Of a stretch of 40,393 nt of DNA, positions 34,932-40,393 are shown one piece after another; the first letter of the stretch is position 1; every line of letters begins with the position of its first letter. The DNA lies in IMG/VR virus record IMGVR_UViG_3300048856_000120, positions 1 through 40,393 of that record; one strand, written 5' to 3'. The position numbers and the translations under genes were made by a program. The stretch is from a virus. Its lineage: Duplodnaviria > Caudoviricetes. Under the pieces are notes generated by a model. That model worked only from the letters and a program-made list of their open reading frames with translations, was not told the origin of the DNA and made no database searches.

Positions 34932-35327
34932 ATGCCAGATTGGGTCAATTTCATGCTATTTTTGACAGCGTGCTTTGGCCCCTTTTGGCTCATTAAAGTT
35001 TACCAGATTGCTCGATCAAGTCGCTGGCTCACAGTGATTGGAATGATGACGCATATACGGCATGTCCAAGGAGCCGAGGACAGTCCCTCCCTAACGGTTA
35101 GTTACGAGTTTGATAACATCAATTATGTCGAGGAAGTTGCCGATTGCGGAAGTCTCGACCTTGCTGATGAAACGCAGATTGGCAGGGAGGTCGTGCTACT
35201 TGTCGATCCCTCAAATCCGAGACGATGCATCGTCCGGAATGACGGTCGTGGCGCCTTCAATAAGAGCGCGTTGGTCGCAGCAAACTGGTTCAATCGCATA
35301 TTCATGGTTCACACTAGCACTCACTAA
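34932..35327 (+). CDS. Membrane protein co-transcribed with cI (DUF3592-like)
   Basis: N-terminal TM, W..V.G, VSYEFD, VLLVDPSNP; starts 12 nt after the cI stop. Confidence 0.65.
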   Translation: MPDWVNFMLFLTACFGPFWLIKVYQIARSSRWLTVIGMMTHIRHVQGAEDSPSLTVSYEFDNINYVEEVADCGSLDLADETQIGREVVLLVDPSNPRRCIVRNDGRGAFNKSALVAANWFNRIFMVHTSTH

Positions 35328-35548
35328 AAATGCCTTGCATCTGTTATTGCAACTAGTCGGCCAATTACACTCTCGCAGTACACGCAAGAAAATTGCAATC
35401 GCTCGATGAGACCACTTTCAATGAGTTCATCGACGGACGATGGCCCCGCTTCCCCTGCATAAATTTCCTTCGTGCTTTCCCTGATGCAGTTGGAGCATCG
35501 GATGTGAAGCGCAAAGCTTCGATTGCATGTTTCAAGCGCCAAACCCAT
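35324..35548 (-). CDS. Small zinc-ribbon protein under a LexA box
   Basis: CSNC...CVYC; AGGAGA RBS inside the SOS box. Confidence 0.7.
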   Translation of the reverse strand: MGLALETCNRSFALHIRCSNCIRESTKEIYAGEAGPSSVDELIESGLIERLQFSCVYCESVIGRLVAITDARHF

Positions 35549-35552
35549 ATTT

Positions 35553-35567
35553 GTTCTCCTTATGTTC
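35553..35567. promoter_or_regulatory. Alphaproteobacterial LexA (SOS) box
   Basis: GTTC-TCCTTAT-GTTC, an exact GTTC-N7-GTTC match. Confidence 0.8.
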
Positions 35568-35640
35568 GCATTCAAAACAGAACTTCGGTTATGAGTCGAG
35601 TCGCTATTTTTTGGTCACTCAGCTTCGGGCATTCTCAAAT

Positions 35641-35694
35641 TGTGCTGTTTTCGCACAAATAGTTCTTGCTATAATTGTGCGATTATCGCATATT
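35641..35694 (+). promoter_or_regulatory. Left operator (two 17-bp palindromes) and early promoter
   Basis: TGTGCTGTTTTCGCACA (35641-35657), TGTGCGATTATCGCATA (35676-35692); TTGCTA-N17-CATATT overlapping. Confidence 0.85.
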
Positions 35695-35712
35695 TAATCC
35701 ATCGAACAACGG

Positions 35713-36153
35713 ATGGATGCCATGAACGTCATCAACCAAGAATTCAGAACACGGGAACAGGTCGAAGCCGAAACGGGCTACATCATTGAAGCTATCGGCG
35801 ATGCCCTCCGCTTTTACCCAGACACCAACTCCAAGCACTATGCCTGCCAAGCTGCCGCCGATGGAAAGCCTGCTTTCTGGGTTCGCACCAGCTACGGCAA
35901 CACCGCCTCTGCCATCTTCACAGACAGCGCCAATCTTACAGGCGATCTGGAAACAGCCGTCGCGCTGGCAAAGCTGCCGCGCGATTGCTGGACCGTCTAT
36001 CAGCAGCTCGAAGCGCTGATCCCTCTCAACCGCCAAGCTGCAGAACAGATGGTCGAGCAGTATTCCCTACTTGGTCACATTCGCGACGTCGACGAGCTCT
36101 TGGCTCGCGAGACGCACATCATCTGCAACGGCTTCAAGTCGAGGGCAAACTGA
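35713..36153 (+). CDS. Hypothetical early protein
   Basis: First ORF after the left operator; start may be 35722. Confidence 0.7.
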   Translation: MDAMNVINQEFRTREQVEAETGYIIEAIGDALRFYPDTNSKHYACQAAADGKPAFWVRTSYGNTASAIFTDSANLTGDLETAVALAKLPRDCWTVYQQLEALIPLNRQAAEQMVEQYSLLGHIRDVDELLARETHIICNGFKSRAN

Positions 36154-36257
36154 TGAGCATCCTTGTAGCCATCGTCGCCCTGCTTGGCCTTATGGCTGTG
36201 TTCTTCGGCACCATCGAAGATGCAGCTGAGAAATCCCGCGCGGAGGTGGACCAATGA
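36153..36257 (+). CDS. 34-aa membrane peptide
   Basis: MSILVAIVALLGLMAVFFGTIEDAAEKSRAEVDQ; coupled on both sides. Confidence 0.55.
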   Translation: MSILVAIVALLGLMAVFFGTIEDAAEKSRAEVDQ

Positions 36258-36445
36258 CCCCGCGCAAAATCCTAATCGTGATTGCTGCCCTGCAACTGTC
36301 CGGTTGCGGCACATACAACTCTTGGACGCCACGCAAGATTGAGGCTGCCACGCGCTACTCCTGCGCAGATGGCTACTTTGATTGCGGTTTGCGGACGAGC
36401 AATCGCTCCGGTGAAATGGGTCGCAGTTCGCGGAGTTCCAAATGA
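36254..36445 (+). CDS. Small lipoprotein
   Basis: MTPRKILIVIAALQLSG-C lipobox; GGAGG RBS. Confidence 0.6.
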   Translation: MTPRKILIVIAALQLSGCGTYNSWTPRKIEAATRYSCADGYFDCGLRTSNRSGEMGRSSRSSK

Positions 36446-36615
36446 CTGCCACCCAGATTTGCATCGCGTCTGACCTGTCGATCATCGATCGGCTCTCCCG
36501 CGAAGATGCGCTCAAACACCTCGAGAGCCGCCTGCGCACGGAGCCTGATGGCACTGTCAGGCTGGCTTTGAAGCGCGCTTACAACTCAGTTTTTGAACGG
36601 AAGGAAGTAGCCTGA
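36442..36615 (+). CDS. 57-aa hypothetical protein
   Basis: MTATQICIASDLSIIDRLSREDALKHLESRL..; ATGA and TGATG overlaps. Confidence 0.6.
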   Translation: MTATQICIASDLSIIDRLSREDALKHLESRLRTEPDGTVRLALKRAYNSVFERKEVA

Positions 36616-37385
36616 TGTCGGCCTCACAAGCAATCATTGAACACGACGCAACACCACCATCACGACGCCGCCCCACAAGATCGGCCGTCGTCACCCCGAT
36701 GGAAATGCTCAACCAGGCAGTCGCGTCCGGTGCCAGTATCGAGACGCTGACAAAGCTAATGGATTTGCAGGAGCGCTACGAGAAGAACCAAGCCCGCCGG
36801 GCATTTGACGAGGCGATGGCAGACGCCAAGGCTGAAATCCCGGTCATCCGCAAGAACAAGGCCGTGGACTACAAAGGGAAAAACAGCGACGTGCGGACCA
36901 ACTACCGGCATGAAGACATGGCCGAGATTGCGCGTACTGTCGATCCGATCCTGACCAAATATGGTCTATCGTACCGGTACCGGTCGGAACAGGATGGCGG
37001 AATGGTGCGGGTCACCTGTGTCGTATCGCATCGCGACGGACATTCGGAAGAGGTCACTCTCTCAGCAGGATCCGACAGCACCGGCAACAAGAACAACATT
37101 CAGGCTGTCGGCTCAACGATCACTTACTTGCAGCGCTACACGCTCAAAGCTGCGCTCGGGTTGGCTGCATCCGCTGATGATGATGGAAACGCATCGGAAA
37201 AGACCGCCGAAGAGCTGGCCCTGATCACAGAAGATCAGGTCGAAAACCTGCGTGATCTCATCCTCTCGCTCGACGTGAATGAAGGCCGTTTCCTTGCGCA
37301 CATCGGTCTCCCCGATCTGGCTTCCATAGGAGCCAAGAACTTCGACGCAGCCGTCGCAATGATCAGAAAGGCAGGCAAGAAATGA
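36615..37385 (+). CDS. erf: ERF family single-strand annealing recombinase
   Basis: QAVGSTITYLQRYTLKAALGLAASADDDG signature. Confidence 0.92.
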   Translation: MSASQAIIEHDATPPSRRRPTRSAVVTPMEMLNQAVASGASIETLTKLMDLQERYEKNQARRAFDEAMADAKAEIPVIRKNKAVDYKGKNSDVRTNYRHEDMAEIARTVDPILTKYGLSYRYRSEQDGGMVRVTCVVSHRDGHSEEVTLSAGSDSTGNKNNIQAVGSTITYLQRYTLKAALGLAASADDDGNASEKTAEELALITEDQVENLRDLILSLDVNEGRFLAHIGLPDLASIGAKNFDAAVAMIRKAGKK

Positions 37386-38065
37386 CCGATATCATTCAGG
37401 GAACTCCGGAATGGCATGCCATCCGCCTCGGGAAGGTCACTGCGTCGCGCGTGGCCGATGTCATTGCCAAGACGCAAAAAGGATGGGGGGCATCGCGCGC
37501 CAACTATGCCGCGCAGCTCATCGCCGAGCGCCTGACCGGTGAAGTTGGCGAGAGCTTCACCAATGCCGCCATGATCCATGGAACCGAGACAGAACCCGAA
37601 GCGCGGCGCGCATACGAGTTCTACCAGGACGTCGACGTGGTTCAGGTTGCCTTTGTCCCGCATCCTTCAATCGCCATGGCAGGCGCCAGTCCGGACGGTC
37701 TTGTCGGTGATGAAGGCCTTTGCGAGATCAAGTGCCCTAACACCGCAACCCATATCGAAACGCTCCGGGCGCAGAAGGTGCCGGCGAAATACGTCACTCA
37801 AATGCAATGGCAGATGGCCTGCACAGGCCGAAAGTGGTGTGACTTCGTTTCCTATGATCCTCGCATGCCAGAAGCGATGCGCCTTTTCATTAAGCGCATC
37901 GACCGCGACCCGGTGTTGATCAAAGAGCTGGAAATGGAAGTGGCCGTTTTCTTGCACGAGCTCACCCTGACCTTGGACGAACTCAACGCTCTCTACGGCT
38001 TAACCGCCGCCAATATCAACACCCTGGATCAGCCTGAAGCTGTTCGAAATATGATGGCCGGCTGA
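37382..38065 (+). CDS. YqaJ/lambda-exonuclease family protein
   Basis: QGTPEWHAIRLGKVTAS, GASPDGLV, EIKCP, QMQWQM. Confidence 0.93.
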   Translation: MTDIIQGTPEWHAIRLGKVTASRVADVIAKTQKGWGASRANYAAQLIAERLTGEVGESFTNAAMIHGTETEPEARRAYEFYQDVDVVQVAFVPHPSIAMAGASPDGLVGDEGLCEIKCPNTATHIETLRAQKVPAKYVTQMQWQMACTGRKWCDFVSYDPRMPEAMRLFIKRIDRDPVLIKELEMEVAVFLHELTLTLDELNALYGLTAANINTLDQPEAVRNMMAG

Positions 38066-38067
38066 TC

Positions 38068-38544
38068 ATGAGCTCGCCGATCTTCTCCCACGAGATAATC
38101 CAAGGGCAACATGTGCTTGTACCTTGCGATGATGACGGTCGTGAAATGCTCCGGGACATGAAGATCGGCAAGCAGTGTCATGTCGAGATCCATCTACCAC
38201 GCAATCCAGCCCATCACCGCATGATGTTCTTGCTGATGAAGCGGATCATCGACAGTGGCGCATGGGACGGCGACGACGAAAGCCTTTTGACCTGGCTGAA
38301 ATACGCAACCGGTCATGTCGAAACGAAAGTCGATCATAACGGCGAGGGTCACTACACGCCGAAGTCGATCAAATTCGCTTCGCTTGATCAAGCCGGGTTC
38401 CGCAAGTTCTTCGACCGAGCTGTCTGGATGATGTGCAACCGCCTGACCCACGAAGAAGACTGGGAAGCGGTTCGCGATGAGATCATCGCCATTGTCGACG
38501 CGCCTTACCGTTCACAAGCCAATCATCTCGCGAGGGCATCATGA
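38068..38544 (+). CDS. DUF1367/NinB-like recombination-associated protein
   Basis: PRNPAHHRMMF..PKSIKFASLDQAGFRKFFD. Confidence 0.75.
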   Translation: MSSPIFSHEIIQGQHVLVPCDDDGREMLRDMKIGKQCHVEIHLPRNPAHHRMMFLLMKRIIDSGAWDGDDESLLTWLKYATGHVETKVDHNGEGHYTPKSIKFASLDQAGFRKFFDRAVWMMCNRLTHEEDWEAVRDEIIAIVDAPYRSQANHLARAS

Positions 38545-38714
38545 ACTTATCTATCCCCCTGTTTGCGCCCCATGATGTTCGGCGCTCGCGCAAGATCGCC
38601 GTTCGCTACAGCCTCATGCACGAGCAGCTGAAGCTTGAAGTCGAGACCAGCGAGCGAACCTTGGCGCGCTACCTCGACAATGTCCTCTCCGATGAAAAGT
38701 GGGAGGGAAACTGA
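38541..38714 (+). CDS. 57-aa hypothetical protein
   Basis: MNLSIPLFAPHDVRRSRK..; coupled overlaps. Confidence 0.55.
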   Translation: MNLSIPLFAPHDVRRSRKIAVRYSLMHEQLKLEVETSERTLARYLDNVLSDEKWEGN

Positions 38715-38866
38715 TGGGTTACCAGTTCGAGCGCTACCTGATCGACAGTGGCTATTACGACATCACCCCCGAGCAGGAGGAGGAGATTTACGAAGCCGAG
38801 GAGATGGCTCGGCTTGAGGCTCACGCACGAGATTGGGACGAACACGACCTGCTGGAGGTCGCGTGA
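38714..38866 (+). CDS. 50-aa highly acidic protein
   Basis: MGYQFERYLIDSGYYDITPEQEEEIYEAEEMARLEAHARDWDEHDLLEVA; GGGAGG RBS; TGATG overlaps. Confidence 0.6.
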   Translation: MGYQFERYLIDSGYYDITPEQEEEIYEAEEMARLEAHARDWDEHDLLEVA

Positions 38867-39273
38867 TGGCCCGCACCGTTGCAGAATGGGTCGGCAAGAC
38901 CGACGATAGCAAAATACCTGGCGCTGTGAAGGACCGCATTGTTGCCCGACAGGGCGGATGCTGCGCTCTTACCGGAAGCATATTCGGTCCCGGCAATAAG
39001 CCCGAGTTCGATCACAAGGTCGCTCTATGGCTTGGCGGCGAACATCGTGAATCCAACCTTCATGCAATTTGCAAGGCAGAGCACAAGGCAAAAACAGCAG
39101 CCGAGTCGACGGTTCGCGCCAAGGTGAACAGCCAGCGCAAAAAGCACATCGGCATTACCGAGCCGAAAGGCGCCATCCAATCAAAGGGATTTGCAAAGGC
39201 TGAGAAAGCCAGGCGCGCGACGTCAAAGCTCATGCCACCTCGCCGTTCACTATTCAGGAGCATTCAGCCATGA
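38866..39273 (+). CDS. HNH endonuclease
   Basis: EFDHKVALWLGGEHRESNLHAIC..HKAKT; GGAGG RBS. Confidence 0.85.
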   Translation: MARTVAEWVGKTDDSKIPGAVKDRIVARQGGCCALTGSIFGPGNKPEFDHKVALWLGGEHRESNLHAICKAEHKAKTAAESTVRAKVNSQRKKHIGITEPKGAIQSKGFAKAEKARRATSKLMPPRRSLFRSIQP

Positions 39274-39455
39274 CCCTCTCCCTCGAACTACTCGCAATGA
39301 TCCACTGCGAACGGTGCAAGAGCCTCTTAGACCATCGCCTTGTCGATGCGATTATGTTGGATGACGAAGGACACAATTGCTCGACAGCGGTATATTGCGA
39401 GCCGTGTTTTGATGCCGTCAAGATCGTGGCCGATGACGAATGGAGGCCGCTATGA
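39270..39455 (+). CDS. Small CxxC..CxxC protein
   Basis: CERC..CEPC; AGGAG RBS. Confidence 0.6.
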   Translation: MTLSLELLAMIHCERCKSLLDHRLVDAIMLDDEGHNCSTAVYCEPCFDAVKIVADDEWRPL

Positions 39456-39541
39456 ACCATCTCCTCCCCGCCCTCGCATCTTTCGCCCTCACCTATGGCT
39501 TGCTCTATCTGGCGAGCCGCTATGGAGCAAAACGATCATGA
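39452..39541 (+). CDS. 29-aa hydrophobic peptide
   Basis: [29 protein letters not shown]; GGAGG RBS; ATGA overlaps. Confidence 0.45.
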   Translation: MNHLLPALASFALTYGLLYLASRYGAKRS

Positions 39542-40158
39542 CGACACTCAAAGGCGACGGTACATCTTGCGGCCTGATCGACACCAGCGCCTTGGAAGCC
39601 ACGACGGCCAAAGCCATGAGCACAGTAGAGCCAGTGAGCGACAGCATCCGGTACGCGATCGATTTGTTGACCGAGCGCAAGTATGGCAACCCCGCACGAT
39701 CCCCAAATCACAATGCGCGAGTGATCCTCGAAAGCGCCCTCGCCGCCCTTTCACACGTACAAGCACCCGCTGAGAAACCGTATGTAACGACAAATGAAAA
39801 GGGTCAAATTGAGACGCATAATTGCCCAGTTGGATTGGTTGCTCGCGGAAATCCTGACAGGCCATTTCTCACGGAGATGCTTGACGATTACAACAAACAG
39901 AACGCGACCACCCCACAAATAGACGAGGCTATGGTGGAGCGGCGGTTCAAACTTGGCGACCGCGTGCACAAATCAAAGGGCGCTGCCTGGCAAGGCAAGG
40001 TCGTCGGCTTCTACAGCACCACGCTAACGCCGATTGGCTACGCCGTGGAAAGTGAACGGGAAACAGGTTCCGTGCAAATCTATCCGGAAGCCGCCCTTGA
40101 GGCTGCAATAGGAGCAAAGCCGGTGCCTGTGGATATCGGGGAGCAATCCCATGGCTAG
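39538..40158 (+). CDS. Phage protein with C-terminal DfrB/R67 (type II DHFR) domain
   Basis: [52 protein letters not shown] aligns without gaps to R67 DHFR; GGAG RBS before 39538. Confidence 0.88.
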   Translation: MTTLKGDGTSCGLIDTSALEATTAKAMSTVEPVSDSIRYAIDLLTERKYGNPARSPNHNARVILESALAALSHVQAPAEKPYVTTNEKGQIETHNCPVGLVARGNPDRPFLTEMLDDYNKQNATTPQIDEAMVERRFKLGDRVHKSKGAAWQGKVVGFYSTTLTPIGYAVESERETGSVQIYPEAALEAAIGAKPVPVDIGEQSHG

Positions 40159-40393
40159 ACATGATTCTATTTATTATCCCCCCCGGGGATTATGCCGTGA
40201 AGATGCCGCCCGCTACATAGGGGTCGGCACTTCCAAGTTTGATGAACTTGTCAAAGACGGACGGATGCCGAAACCAAAGCGCCTTGATGGACGCACAGTT
40301 TGGGATCGCATGGCGCTTGACATGGCGTTTACCGACTTGCCAGATGAAGGACGCGGCAACTTCTTCGATCAGATCACATTGAAGGCGGTATGA
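40151..40393 (+). CDS. Excisionase (AlpA-family HTH)
   Basis: [42 protein letters not shown]; last gene of the early operon. Confidence 0.85.
   Translation: MARHDSIYYPPRGLCREDAARYIGVGTSKFDELVKDGRMPKPKRLDGRTVWDRMALDMAFTDLPDEGRGNFFDQITLKAV

Larger units (their letters stand above)
1..40393. mobile_element. Temperate siphovirus-like prophage of a Rhizobiales host (ends not visible)
   Basis: Lambdoid gene order: lysis, tail, head, terminase, antiterminator, replication, cro/cI, recombination, xis. Long tape measure and no sheath gene. Confidence 0.96.

Overview
The whole window is one apparently near-complete temperate siphovirus-type prophage (or phage genome) of a Rhizobiales host. Host assignment rests on a RopA/Omp2 porin, GapR, BrnTA, an alphaproteobacterial LexA box and EcfG-type promoters. 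Left to right: lysis cassette (minus); a moron block with two candidate anti-SD sRNAs, an unknown ORF and a RopA/Omp2 porin; tail fibre, tail tip, tape measure, tail, head and terminase genes (minus); an accessory block (metallopeptidase pseudogene, two DUF3606-like genes, HEXXH protein, BrnTA, secreted peptide, aberrant tRNA-fMet); NusG-type late antiterminator; replication and MT-A70 genes with an antisense SRA-HNH nuclease; GapR fusion; cro/cI switch with five 17-bp operators; and a plus-strand early operon (ERF, YqaJ exonuclease, HNH, a DfrB/R67-DHFR-domain fusion) ending in an excisionase. No integrase or att site is visible; they probably lie beyond the window. Best leads: (1) a porin plus sRNA module next to the lysis genes, resembling an alphaproteobacterial counterpart of the PA-2 Lc/IpeX receptor swap; (2) a DfrB trimethoprim-resistance fold with intact VQIY motif; (3) several morons behind general-stress (EcfG) promoters; (4) a LexA-boxed zinc-ribbon gene in the immunity region. 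All family calls are by eye; no searches were run.
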